63,932 bases of DNA, filler included, from Diploschistes diacapsis (GCA_023645945.1; 29 parts of 29 records of this genome joined end to end with filler, not necessarily neighbours in it), one strand, 5' to 3'. Positions 23,903 through 37,474 are shown, counted from the whole stretch's first letter. Translations and numbers: made by a program. The notes: generated by a model not told the origin, from the letters alone.

Positions 23903-26656
23903 CGCCTCGATTACGGGTCCGGCGTGATAGGCAAGCATATCAATAGCCGGGATTCATTGAATGCCAAGGTTAAAAGAGAACGGAATTAAAAAAATACTGG
24001 TGTATACGTAGGACACATAACATCTGTACTTTCCCCGGGCTTGCGTATAGACGCAGTCGGCTTGCAGCGGACGTACACGGAAGTACAGGAACGTGTTGTC
24101 AAATATTGAAGACAGGTACAAATATGCCAAGTATGACCCGGGAAAAGCTCAACCATAAAAGATTGGGAGAGTTGGCACTGCGGTGCTTGGCTCTTTTTTA
24201 AAGAAGACATAACGCAGTCAAATATATCCTAGTACTAAATACTAATATGGTCGAAAAAAATCCCGGCCGGTCACGGACTAGCTCGTATTCTGGTTCCTTA
24301 CCTAAGCTTTATTTTTGGTTCTATTGCTACCTGTTTCTAACCATGGCACTTTTGGCGTTTCCCTCAAAAAGCGTGCAAGCCTTACAGCTTTGGGAGTACT
24401 TTGCCTTCCCATACTATCACCAAGCTTAGCGCCGCTTTCTTGCCTTAGCTATTCCCTAGAACATCCTCTTGAAGCAGACGAACCGGCGAAGGATGAATTT
24501 CGTGCTGATCCCAGACTTACCTCGCTTATCGAAGGGGCGAAAGACTTGTGTGATTGATACGTATGATATTTATTATTTTTATAAAAGGACTGAGAAAGTA
24601 TCGCATTTGCCGCGTGTTACTAACCCGATTGGTTTTTCGAAAGAAGGGTTTACTTTTTCTGGGTTTAACTTTTGTAATCACTTTTTTAACCTTTTGCGGC
24701 GCAGACATGGTTGAAGTTGGTAATGGCTATCTGTTGTCTAGCAACGCTTGCAGAATATACTATGTCTATGACAGAATTATCTTTGCGCTTCTAATACACT
24801 TCCGAAATGGACTCTGAAAGCTATAATTGGAGCCGCTTCTCGTTCCCCGGGCTTTGGTTTTCCGTTCCCATCTAACAGGATCAACTACGGAGTAAGCGTT
24901 ATGGCCAGACGCTTGGCGGTAATATAGTAAGCGGTGCCTTTTCAAAGATCGTAGTTCGCGCTTTCGAGGGTCTAAGAACGGAGCAGCACAGAGTCATAAC
25001 TGGATGCTTGTGACATCATGCAGATTAGAAGCCAAAGCGTGGCGCTGAAAGCTATATCGTCTTCTACCGATAGAAATGGGCACCGACATTTAAAAGAAGT
25101 GGTTGGCACCATTATATCGCTTCGTATAAATGGATGGGACGTAGATTGGCGAGAAAGGCTAACAGAACGTAGAGGAATACATGCCTAAAGTAAAATCATG
25201 TGGGCCAACCCTGCCCACAGTTTCTGCGTGCAAGTCAGCGCTACAGCAATAAGTATCTCCAGTCTTGAGCATAATTAATAGCGAAAAAGGCTGCGTGATT
25301 TATTTATTTATTTTTAGTCGTCAACACGTGGCAGCTCCAGGGTGCATTATTACACTAATGACTATAACACGTTATGAAAACAATAATATTAGTACTATAC
25401 CCAGTACCGCATCCCAAATGATATTTCAAACGAGGGCTTTCGAGCAACTTGTTCATAATAAAATATTAAGCCAAACCATAGAACCATGGCGCACCTATTA
25501 TGGGCGAGAAAAATAAGTTGGGGGTGTGGATTTTCTGGCGCTCGAGCGTTCAGTAGCAGGTATTTCATTCTAAAGTCTTCGAATCTTTTATTATGGAATT
25601 ACTACGACCATTTATAGACGGTGCGAAACGCGTCGATATTGTCGATACCCGGATTATCGTAAAGTATTTGTTCGAGCTCGCCGGAGAAACGAAAAGATTA
25701 AACCTTTTCAACGATAAGTTCGAGTTTGTTATAATTCCGATATCGATAATCGACGGTTAATGAAAGGTAGCGATTTCCGTTTAAGGTTGCTATATTGATT
25801 AATAAGATCGACAAAGATGGAGGTTTGAGATACCAGAAGGACGAAAGATTGAATATAGCTGCTGTATGAGAATATACCTAGATTTCATTAGGATGTCGAG
25901 ACAGTGAAGTGATCATCCATAAAACCACAAATATTTCACACAGACACATGTCCCGGGAGGGAAAGGCTGCGTTATGGGGAGGGAAACCCCCGGCCAAATT
26001 CCCTTCCACCCAAGGCCATGTCTCCATAGCATTGTACGCGCCACCCGCTGCTTGAAGACAAAGCTACAGCCCGCCTCTCCTGATAACGCCCTCTTGACTT
26101 GCCCGTAAGATCCCGTCCCTGAGCAATTTCGTTGATACGCGTGATCCCAGGCAATGCTCTTTACCCTTCCATAGAAATAGCAAGGCAAGGCCCAGCGCTG
26201 AGCCACCGAGATTAGGCTTTTGCGAGGCATGTTAAAATTATAATTACAACAATGCTCGAGTGATGTGAGGCTGGAACGGAAAAAAGAATGATCTAGCCTG
26301 AGGCGTTTTGACATCCGCCATAATGCAATCGAATGATTTAATTGCAGGCTCTTACGGTTTCCTCCGGGCCCCGTGGAGTGCCTATCAAAAGCTTTCCTTG
26401 AAGGAAAAGAATTGTCTGGTATCGTGTTGCACAGAGGCTTAACACAGTCGAAAATGGAGGAAATTCCTTCATAATCCTTTCAAGTCCCCCGCCAGCCCCT
26501 TTATCCAGGTTACCAAGTTGTTTCGCACAAATCTCTGCGTAAGTGTCCATGTACGAGCCTGAAAACATACTTTCAAATGCTCCAGCTCGAATAAGTGTGT
26601 CTGGTGCAGACAAGAGCAGCGCGAGATTCCGAAGGGTTCCCGCAACTTGCCGCATA

Positions 26657-27791
26657 TCAATGTTCAATGGATTCCTCCTGCTCTTTCTTTGTTTGAATCG
26701 GGATGCCCAGCGCTACCGATAATTCATGAAGTATCTCGCTTGTTACGTTTTTCCAGCTGCCACTCGAGTGCAAAGCGTGACGTTTCTCTGGAAAGATCTC
26801 AAGTCTGTGGTCAGCCCAAACTCCACGATTAAGTCCCGTACATGGAAGTGCGTAGCCTTGTGTAGACAAGCGTATTCGACACATGATCGCCTCACCGAAA
26901 CCTGGATATTCAAGATGCAGCCCGCGCTCACGATTCGACCTATGAAATGCCGCGAAAAGCCTATCGCCTTGGACAAACTCTGATATGGTCAGATTACGAA
27001 GAATCCACATCTGAGTCTCGGGGTAGTAATTTGTGACCTCTATTCCGTGAGCAAAATCAAATGCCTGATAGTACTTTGATTCAGGTAGACCCTGGGCTTC
27101 TTCAAGCGCAGTACGACGAAACCGGACTCCCTGAGAGCGTGAATGGATTGGTAGCTCGGGGCGCACCAGGCACAGGCTCAAGCAGCATCCGGTAAGGTTC
27201 AAATTCAGAACTGATTTTTCGAATTCAGCAACTAACCATATCCAGTAAATCTCCTGAACGTTAAAAGAAGCCATCATCAGGATCCACCTCTGCCTCATCC
27301 AGACCTTCATCAACTATGTTTTCTTCTCCTGTCGTCAAGAAGCCTGTGGGCCAATCACCAGGCTCACATTCGTCGCCCAAGCAGATAATCCTTGTACCAG
27401 CCCAAGGACCCATCAACTCGGTGACCTTCTTTTGGACAAATGGCCAGCCGATGCTCTACAGTCGTTCTGAAACCAGACTAAGACGAAACGAAGACACGAA
27501 CTCTAGATTGTTAAAGATTTCTAGAAGAAGCTCGTAGGGAAGGATCGTTAAACACGACTGAGCTTGGGAAGTTGACCTGAGGCTCGCTTCGGTGGGTAGA
27601 TGTCCAATCCTCGAAATACCATCCATCGGCTGTGGTGCATTGGATGGCTGGATTGAACTTGGCTTCACTGGCGCTGCGAACAGATCCACAAGGCAGTTGG
27701 CTTCCCTGTCCCCCAGAAATTCGCCAAATCTACCAAGGCACCACAGAATCTCGCATCTATCCATGGAGAATATATACCTATATTGCCCCAT
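26657..27791 (-). pseudogene. F-box-like protein pseudogene
   Basis: LPYELLLEIF F-box; in-frame TAG at 27456-27458 (RL*SIG, likely TGG) continuing to PWAGTRIICLGD; C-terminal LRNLT..GFGEAI..RGVWADHR lies in another frame. Confidence 0.7.
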
Positions 27792-28729
27792 GCTAAGTGC
27801 CTAGACAGACTAATGCTGCGACATTGTTGCGAGGGTTGTTATCCAGTTGCGAGTTGCTTTCGCAGCTTGGGGAGGGTGATATATTGCAGGCACCAGCGCT
27901 TTATCCAACAAGCTTCAGACGCCAAGGCTTAATGATTCGAAACACAGTATCCGAAGCCAAAAGTTCATGACTATAACCTTGCTAGGTTTCCGCATAGCCG
28001 ACAGAAAATACAACTCTCCATCATATTGTGTGTTTGCAACATCACAAATCTTTCTTATCGAAGATTAACTGCATTTTCTTTCAAACACTTTTTGGACAGT
28101 TTTTAACATTCTTTTTCTTGTTAAGACGACTCTTCCATTATTAGTTGCCTTAACGATGACCGAGTGGGATTGTATCCGATCCTCAGTAGGACTACGGTCA
28201 GATGGTAGCATGCATACATCGGGAAGATTTTGCCCCTGAGGAAATATTAAAGTGTACAGGTAGAGCGGATAACTAAATTGAATTCAGTTAAATTTAGATT
28301 AAATCGCGAGAAGTTTTTCGCTCTCGCCGGTACTGACCTGACCAGGATTAATACAACGGCTGGCGCCAGTCACACACATAAGAGCAAGCATGCTTATAAG
28401 GTATTTCTTGTGAGAAGGAGCAGGGGGACATGATTAGTCATACAGAATGTATATAATCCGCTTACAGATATCTCTTGCAGAGCAATACAATCCTTCTTCT
28501 CGACCAATATAACTTTCAGATAACACTAGCATGGACAGGGTAGGCCTGACCCCAGGTATTGCGATAGCTTTATCACCCGAGTTGGATATTAAAGCAGTGA
28601 GCTTTGGCTAATGGCAAACTAAGCTCTTTCCTGCCCTCTTTCCTGAGCAGCGGTTGTTCAGACCGTTATTTATATTAATTTTCAATATATAGTGACTAAG
28701 AAATAATCTACACATTTCGCTGTAGGCTA

Positions 28730-28762
28730 TTATTATTATTAATATTATTATTATTATTATTT
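28730..28762. repeat. Imperfect (TAT)n microsatellite
   Basis: Direct reading. Confidence 0.8.
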
Positions 28763-29289
28763 AAAGGTATCCAAGTTTTTTAAAGGCGAGAATGCCAATA
28801 AATCAGCAATATATCTTTACTTTAAATTAAAATGCTATATAGTGTTGAACTAACCCACTACGCCAAAAGATGCGCACCTCTTAGCAAGCAGCAGTTCATG
28901 TTTATATTCCGACAAATAGCTTCCCTTTAGTGTTATACGCAAATACAATACACATTCAAAATTGCGTAAAGAAACATGAAGTTTGAAAACCGTTTTGGTA
29001 TAAGATGTTCTTCCGGTAATATTAACGATCAGAATAACCGGGATTCTTTCCTGCCAAGCCTAAGAGGTCGGTCCCCTGTCATCTCTTTTGTCGGCGCGCA
29101 AAAAAGTTGTCGATCTTGCGCTGAGAGATACAGATTACGTTTACTGCATAATTGTCTATTCTGCAAAGCTGCACATGTCAGCCAATCCATCTAGTTCTGA
29201 CTCACCCGTCTACAAGCTGCATCACCTTTCCAGCCCTGCAAGAATTCGATGAAATCCCCTACAAGCCCTTTCGCAGCAGTAGCCAGAGC

Positions 29290-30092
29290 ATGGGTAGATA
29301 CGATTTCCGCCCAGCAAGAGTACAGCAAGCGGCTGCTCAACTCCTACATACCGAAAGAATTGCAGCACCACCACCATGGTACGACGTCGTGAAGAGCATA
29401 CCGCCCCCCCAAATCCTGGTCCGAACACAACCCGTCCAGCATACTGGGCATCGGAAGGGCGTTAGAAAACCGAGTAAACTCTTTCAGCCTCAGAAAGTCA
29501 CCTATCCCGAAGACCAGTTACGAAGAACGTTTTTCACAGATCATCCATGGGAACTTGCGAGACCAAGAGTTCTTCTCGAGGACTCCGGTGCCGACTGGCG
29601 GGGACAAGAATGGAGCTCTATTAGGAGGAGAGGAGGACATATAAGCGGAGAGAAGTGAGCCAATAATATGAAGAGAATTGGGTCGATTTCGCTGATATCA
29701 TGCATAGTGTTGTTCAGAGACAGGTTTGGCTCATGGAACAAAAGAACTTAACCAAGGACGAGGCTTACGAGCAAGCCCGGCGCGAATTCTATGAGGAGAG
29801 ATTGCGGGAGGATGTTGAAAGACGAGTTGCTAAGGAAGAGGCTACATCTACCGGAGCATACTTTGGGAAAACCATGATCGGTATTGGCAATGACTTAGAG
29901 GACCAGCAATTCGACAAGTTCAGGGCATGGGCAGAGAAGACGGTTACTGAACAGGAGCAGTCTCGCTCTGCCTCGAGTCCAAGTCGTTCCGCAGTCAATA
30001 CAGACAGCGTTGTGGGAGGTACGGAGGCTTTCCCAGATCCTGAACAGGTTCCAGCTTCTCCAGAAGGTGCTTTAGACCAGACGGAAAATTAG
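29290..30092 (+). CDS. RSM25: Mitochondrial small-subunit ribosomal protein Rsm25 (mS23), 2 exons
   Basis: MGRYDFRP..PPWY..KPSKLFQPQ..YPEDQLR..FF.DHPWELARPR; intron 29655-29707; VVQRQ..AY..AR.EFY..R. Confidence 0.95.
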
Positions 30093-30894
30093 CCGGTCAG
30101 CGTTGGACAACCCGAATGAGGATGTAAAGTATAATCAGATGTACATAGTTCTTTCCAACTTCCTACCAGCTCAAACGGCTTGATGTTAACCTACAGCACA
30201 AGTAGAAGATTGTGCAGCAAGTAGGAAGTTTCATCCAGCGTATCTAAAGGAAATGCCCTATTCTATACGTTCTGATCTTGCTAAGAAAGTCCATTGTAAT
30301 GCTTCGTCCTATGCCTTTTAACAACCTAGATAGCTTTTCCTCATCGTTTTCTCTGTGCAGCCACTGGAAGCTAGCAGGAAGACTTCAGCCGCTTAATTTG
30401 GGATATCCGGTATATCAAAACGCGTCAAAGTCGCTGATTGGATGTTTAGTAGACATAGCCTTGCAGGGCGTAAGGCCTCATCGGCCCGCGTCGGCCCGCG
30501 GAGCTGTTCCTGCATCTCTAGATCCGCGGATAACCAGAAATGACAACAAACCATCCTGCCTGGCCGCATACGACTCACTGTCGAGTGATAGAGCGTTTGC
30601 GCACCGTTGAGTCGGCCTTGGGCCTTCTCTACAGGTGCTATTTAAGAGAGCTGTTAGTGTCCAACCTGTGCAAGAAGAGACTGCGATTTGTTTGCCCCGC
30701 CTTTTGTTTGTTAGGTGCTATTGCCCGTCGGTTGAGCATATCATACCGCAAGCCATGGCGACGAACTTCAACCACCAAAAGGGGGACTCCGATGAGGTGA
30801 AGGATCCAAGTGATAATTATCGTCGGTTTCTGGACAAGTTGGTGCAAGCCTGTAGTAAAGACTTACCATAGCTGACAGTTGATCTGATAGTCAA

Positions 30895-33800
30895 ATGGAT
30901 ACCTCCGCGGATAGCTCTTCTAGAGCAGCGACTCCGGTTGCGAATGTACATGGACGAGGAGCGTTTCATGCCCGCACAGCCTCGGACACCATCAGGCTAT
31001 TTCAAAATGTTGTCGAGCAAGATCGCAGACAGATGCAGGAGTCGCTAGAGGGCACAAAGATCCCTTCAACCGTTCCATTGAGCCTTACTGTGGACTTGAG
31101 TCGAAAAAATCTAGAAGTGTTACCTCAGGATATTGTGGAAATCATCAGGGAAAACGTGGAGAGGTGAGTCCTCGCATGAAATTAGAAACCGCAAATATTC
31201 CCCGTTTGAAGACCAAGTCTCTGCCACCACCTCTGTTTTGGTCATATACTTGGCGCTGGTAAGGCTAGAATGCTAGCTACTATATTCCTTCTACTACCTC
31301 TTTCAAGCCATATATATGGCGCTGACATTGCGAGCTGTCAAAATTCCTACTATTACCACTTTACAGCTATGTAGTTGGCATTGAGAGTGCTAGCTAACCG
31401 CTACAGCAGAATTGTCCTCAGTCACAATCAAATCCAGGCGTTGCCGCCTGGATTCTCAGATTGTACAAATATCACGTACCTGAATCTTCGCGCCAACCGC
31501 TTCAGCGAGTTCCCCAGCGCTGTAAGTTTACAAATGATGTGTGGTATATGGGTTGCTAATCACTAGGCAGCTCTTCAACCTGCAAAAGATTCAGGTGCTT
31601 GATATGAGCCGAAACTTCCTCACCGAGCTCCCGGAAGAGCTCAGGAACATGAAGTCGCTACGTTTCCTTTCCCTAATGAACAATCGCCTACAGAATCTCC
31701 CATACTCCCTTGGATTCCTAGAAAGCCTGCGAGTCGTCAAGTTGGGATCGAATCCTCTGAACGACGCCCTTCGCGGATTGATGGATGGGGAGGATCTCTC
31801 GTTCTCTCCAGCGGACACAAGTCTTGGAGGGAACCAGAAGGAAGCGATTATCACGTTCAAGATAAAGCAGCATCTCAAGTCAGAGGCGACTACTCTTGAA
31901 TCTCCCGCAGACTCGAGGTACTATGAGCAGCATCCCGAATTTTAGCTGATTGTTAACTGCGCCCAGTGGAGAAGGTCCGTTAGACACGCCAAAGCCGCTT
32001 AAGAGGGCATCGACAACGCTGAGGTTTCCGGTAGTTCCAACCAGCGCAGGCAGCGATTCAATCTTCGATCAACGTTCCCCTAGTCTCTTCAAGCCCTCAG
32101 TTCCTATTCGCTCTCATTATCGGATTCCCTCAGGTCAAAACTCGGTCTTTCCCAGATCAAGCGGACTTCGTCCGGATATGGCCCCTCTATTAATGAGCAA
32201 TGAGAGATTTCGAAGCAACAGCGAAAGTTTTATACAGGCCACGCAAAATTATCGTGACAAAAGAATGGGTATCACGTCGAAACAGCCACAAGGCGTACAC
32301 CCATTGAGCGAATTGAGCGCGAATCGTAATAGCCTTCACCTTCGAGGCACAAGCCACGGCTCCGCTCTCAAAGAAAGGCGCCACAGGCCGTTTAAATCTG
32401 CGCTTGGAAGCGGATCTTCACAATCTAACAGCCCTACGGATGAGCACAGCCGGGGCATCTTTGTGCATCGACTTTCCAGCGTCCCTGAACAAAGGCGTGG
32501 AGCGGTACCTTCCAGTCGTGTTATCGAAGGAGCGAGAGGACTTTTATTCAGCCTCAACTTGATCCATCCTACCCTGGAACTACTGTTGTCGCTGTCCGGC
32601 GACGGAACCGCCAAGCGATCGAGTCTTGAAAAGGTGTACTACAATGCATTCTCGCATATCAGCAAGCTTGACCAAGAACTAGCCGTCTATGACCACGTGG
32701 GAAACCATACTGCAAAGCGAAGGAAACGCGTCATCGAATCCGTACACAGCACCAGCAAGACATGCATGGTTGTATACAAGCAGGTGATGACGGCACTTGT
32801 CCAGAACGGGCCTCAACTACTTGGAAAAGCCGATCAACGGTATATTCGCATGCTCCATTACCTCCTATCCTACAGTGCTGTGGAGGTGGGCAACGCAAAC
32901 GCATCGTTCCGCAAGAATAGCAGCCTTTCCCAAGCGCCAGAGGGAGCGAGAGGTCCTGTTCCGAAGATCACGAAACCACCGAAACTCACTCTACTTCCAT
33001 CGGTGCCCGTACAGAGAGACAATGCCATCTCCACGGCCCCTGTTCAGCGCCGATACCGCAGCGAGACGGTCAACTCGTTGAGAAACCAACAAACTCATGC
33101 CAAATCCGCGACAAACCCTCAGTCGGCAGTGCCGCTGTACCTAAATGGACGCAGTCGCTCAAACAGCAGATCTGCACCATTTGCAAGCTTAAACATGAGT
33201 TTACTTGCAAATACTCCTCGGTCGGGAGAGTCTTTCCTAATACCAGCTACGCCAGCGCTACCAGGTTTCGAAGGAGCTGCACAAGGTTATCCCGACAGCT
33301 ACAATCCAAGCCAAGATTCAAAGTTCGAAAAAATCTACCTCGGCTTCGATAAGGCCGTTAGTCTAGGGAAGAATGCACTACCACAGGTAATCATGCAGTT
33401 TAATCACCGCCTGAACGAGGTAGTCCAATATGGCAGTAAAGCCCACGTGGACCTCTGGAATCGCCTCCTTACCCGCGCGCACCAGTGCCGAAACATGTGC
33501 GAGGCCCTCTGCGCCCGCCTCTCCACCATCAAGCTCAAGGATCCGGAGATCCGCAACTCGCGCGACTTCTGGCGCCATGTTACGCGCTACATCAACTCCT
33601 TTGTGACGCTCGTCGATGCTCTACGTACAGAGACGGCCCGCAACCGCCAGGAACTGTCAAAGGTCGATGCACAGCGCCTGCTGAAGCCCATCCACGTCTA
33701 CATCAAAGCCGCCACCAACGACATTCGCGCATCACCCTGGGCTTACGTCCTGGACAGCAACTCCCCCCCCCCAACCGCCATCTCCACCTCGAGCCCCAAC

Positions 33801-34097
33801 TGGCCCTCGGGTTCGGGAGGAGGCAGTTACATGAGCCCCAACACCGGACAGCTGAGTGCTAATCGCGCTAACGGCCACTATCGTGCGAAGCAGGGAGACT
33901 CGCTATCAAGCCCGTACTTGCCGACCACGCCCCTCTCCGCGGCGCTGGGTCCGGCCGCTCAAGCCACTGTTCCCTCCAGTGCGACTAGTACCAGCTCTAT
34001 GGCGACGATTTTCGACCGCTCCTTTCATGGGGATGTTTTTCAGCGCGCAGATCAGCTGTTGAATACGCAGCCGGGTCTGAGGGATGGACGCCGTTAG
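30895..34097 (+). CDS. SOG2: RAM/MOR network leucine-rich-repeat protein Sog2 (multi-exon; start approximate)
   Basis: N-terminal LRRs; RSNSES, HLRGTSH, RSSLEKVYYNA, KLKDPE..FW and PTTPLSAALGPAAQATVP motifs. Confidence 0.9.
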
Positions 34098-35139
34098 GTC
34101 GTGGGAACAGGCGTTTTAGGTCTCGGGGCCGGCTTTAGTTTTTCGAGATGGTGTTGCCGGTGGTTGGGGTTCATTGCATTTATGTATAAATTATTCTCTG
34201 GACCTTCGCCCGTTTGGCTGGAAGGCGGGCTGGCATCATAGCTTTTGCCGGATCGCACCCGAGTTGCATGGAATGTGATGGGATGGGAGAGAAAGGATAT
34301 GACGTGATGGTCACGACTGGATGAATCGGATGGGCTGATTTCGTATAGATTGATCTGCCCTCGCTGCGAGGAGACGCTACCCCTAGCATGGGGATATAAT
34401 GAAGAGAAGTGTAAAGAATTGTGTAGTGACTGCATTGGTGATGGTGACATTGACATTCATTGTAGATGTTCAAATTACTTATGTTCGTCTTCTAAATTCT
34501 CTACCGTACAACAGCTAAAATGCAAGGTGTTGTGTTATAAGGCTAGAGCATGCAGTGACTCACAAACCGCAGTGCAGAACACAAAATCACTGCATCTGCC
34601 GATTTGCCGGAACGCGTAGGAAGAAAAGATCATAATAATCAATGCGCTAACCCATACAAGACACACAAGGCCCTGTGTCCCCAGCCCCAGACCTGTAACA
34701 TCATTATCCTACAAACATAGACACAAGGCGCTAACCCAAGAAATACAACCTCACTCGCCCTTATGCTACACGAGAACAAGGCGGGGAGGAGAGTTCTCCT
34801 GGTATCCCAGCGCCGCCCAAAAAAAAACCCCCTACTGGATGAGATCAGATCGTCACCGTGGTGCCCGCAATGCTCACGACACCGGCGTGCATCTGCCTCA
34901 GACTTGGATCGCCCGGCTGTGCATCGGAGTGTAAAACAACGTGCTGGCCGTCGGGCGCGATGTCGAGACCACCTGTTTGCCAAGAGCGTCAGCTGCAAAG
35001 TTCCTTCATTTCCCAGCCCCTTTACTATTTCCCCCCAACNNNNNNNNNNNNNNNNNNNNNNNNNNNNNNNNNNNNNNNNNNNNTTAATTAATTAANNNNN
35101 NNNNNNNNNNNNNNNNNNNNNNNNNNNNNNNNNNNNNNN

Positions 35140-36150
35140 TAATAAAAGCGTTCGGCACGAAGCTAAAGCATTCATACGTTTATTACCTATAAACAGACGA
35201 TTAGATAAAAAGAATAAATTAAACTTTCGAATAATATTTACGATATTATATTAATTAAAACATAAATAAATAGGTTGAATTATTATTATAAGCCGAGTAC
35301 TACCTTAACAATAGATATAAAAAAATCAAGAAAATTTAAAATATATAATTACTCAATAATAAAACATTAAATAATATTAAAAAAATTAAAACTTCAAAAA
35401 AGAATCCTTAGCTAAAGAAAAGAAATAAGGTTTATTTATATATAAATAATTTTAGGATACGTAGACCTGAGACAGCCCAGCCCAGGGGCCTGCCAAGCTG
35501 GGCCTGCCAAGCCACGGCAGGGTCAATGCCCAGGTGCTTGCCAAGACACGGCAGGGTTAGGGGGTGGCTGTATAAACGGGTAGTCCCCGAACCCCTGTAG
35601 GTCTAACATCCACACTACTTAACGGTGCCTTCCTCCCATTTAGATAGTTTCTTCTTCAGCTTTTCGAATCGAGACCTTTTACCTACAGATGCCTAGCTAC
35701 ACGTAAGCCTTCCGGATCAGGCCCAGCCCCCGGTAGTATAGTATCCCATTCCTGCGCTGGCGTTTCAAGACCCTTTAAAAAGCTAGATTATGTTAAGATC
35801 GAATCCTTTTTCATCGATAAACAACCCGTCATATTAAACGAAATTAAACGAGTCAGTTATCGACTCAAGCTATTAAAGGACGTAAAGATCTGTTTAGTAT
35901 TTTATTCTAAATATCTCGAACTAGCACATCCAGATATATTATTATAGAAAACCTTTTACTTCGAATTAGACAACGAAAACGAATACGAAGTCGAAAGGAT
36001 TATTGATGTAAAGGAAGGCAGGTATCGAGTCAGATGGAAAGGATATCTAGAAAGTTAAGACATATGGGAACCTTCGGCGAACTTAGCAAACTGTAAAGAC
36101 AAGCTTAAAGAGTATTAGGATACTCACCCGTTAACAGAAGCCTCATCCTT
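35140..36150 (+). mobile_element. Gypsy integrase C-terminus (GPY/F region) and chromodomain
   Basis: RRP|FKKLDYVKI..VSYRLKL; ENEYEVERIID..YRVRWKGY..DIWEPSANLANC at ~35975-36095. Confidence 0.9.
35468..35767 (+). mobile_element. Solo LTR family D2 (300 bp)
   Basis: TGAGAC...GTTTCA with perfect TSD AGACC. Confidence 0.93.
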
Positions 36151-36564
36151 TAGGATCTAGTTCAATTGATCAGGCGATATTGCCGCTAACTCAGACAATT
36201 CTAGACCGAATTCCGTCGATAAATCTTTTTAAGTATTGATATATACCTCGGACGATTTTAAGTCCAGTTTCTCCGTTAAATAACGCGTTTATTCGTTAAC
36301 ACGACCTTTCGTTAATTTAAGAACCTTTCGATTACGACGAATGCGACGTTTATATTAAAGACGACGATCTTTATATTCACGGGATTGTTTTTCCAGCTCT
36401 TCCTCTTATTCATTATCCTCGTTAATAAGTTTCTTATCTTTATCGATTTCTTCCTTTTTCGAAAAGATAGTTCGTTCAACTACTTTTTAAATAATAAAAA
36501 TATAATCCTTTATACCCGACTTAACACAGCGAGCGTATTTAATAAAAATAGAAGACATCTTAAT
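36150..36564 (-). pseudogene. Antisense Cys-cluster plus coiled-coil ORF convergent on the chromodomain (5'-truncated)
   Basis: KYARCVKSGIKDYIFII*KVVER...RRIRRNRKVLKLT..TRYLTEKL. Confidence 0.6.
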
Positions 36565-36687
36565 NNNNNNNNNNNNNNNNNNNNNNNNNNNNNNNNNNNN
36601 NNNNNNNNTTAATTAATTAANNNNNNNNNNNNNNNNNNNNNNNNNNNNNNNNNNNNNNNNNNNNACTAAACCTTTTCCGATAATAAT

Positions 36688-37469
36688 TGTAATACCCGCT
36701 GTGTGCGCACTGGGGTTCAGGTCCCCCTGCTGCCACAGCTGCGCACCTATATATAGTATAATAGAGAAACAGTGCTTTCGGGGTTTTTAAAAGTATTGTG
36801 GTTAATTTATTATGGCTTAGTAAATGTAAGGCCTGCGGGGTTACACATCTGCCACCTACTGCAACAGCCACGCACCTACATATAGTGTAATAGGGAAACA
36901 ATGCTTCGGGGTTCCTGAAAGCATTGTGATTAGTCTTTTGCCTCAGTGGGATAGCGCTACCGATTAGGAACTACCCCCGCTGTTACAGTAAAATAGTTAT
37001 TACTTATTAAACATTACTCCCGTTGTTATAATTATACATTCATTTCTTAGGTCGTTGGTTCAAGCACGAGGCTGAATATCGCGTACATCGAATTTATTAC
37101 GTTACGATCGGACGGCCCTGCGGGGATCATTATATATAAATATATTATTAATCGCCTTATTTACGGCTGGCGAAGCTGCGCCTCTAAATCTATAACGTAG
37201 ATGTTAAAAACGGCTTAGAATATCTAACATACCCGGGGCGCTATATAAGACGTGGCAGGTGCTGGGGGCCAGCATTATGGAAAGGGGAGATAGCTCTAAT
37301 ACCCGCAGTGTGCGCACCGAGGTTCAGGTCTCCCTGCTATCACAGCCGCGCACCTACATATAGTGTAATAGGGAAACAGTGCTTTCGGGGTCCCTGAAAG
37401 CATTGTGGTTTGTCTTTTGTGGCTCAGCGGGATAGTTGCTACCTATTAGGCACTATCCCCGCTGTTACA
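36688..37469 (+). mobile_element. Complete TRIM (family C1): LTR, 264-bp internal region, LTR; solo LTR nested in the 5' LTR
   Basis: TSD ATAAT on both sides; PPT GGAAAGGGGAGA at 37279-37290; 3' LTR 37295-37469; no ORF. Confidence 0.9.
36825..36987 (+). mobile_element. Solo LTR family C2 (163 bp) nested in the C1 5' LTR
   Basis: TGTAAG...GTTACA with TSD GTAAA. Confidence 0.92.
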
Positions 37470-37474
37470 ATAAT

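Noticed and set aside
37045..37072. tRNA/B-box-like AGGTCGTTGGTTCAAGC in the TRIM interior, or a Cassandra-like 5S segment in its LTR
   Set aside because: No T-stem pairing, cloverleaf or A-box found, and no recognisable 5S similarity by eye; the priming mechanism remains unresolved.
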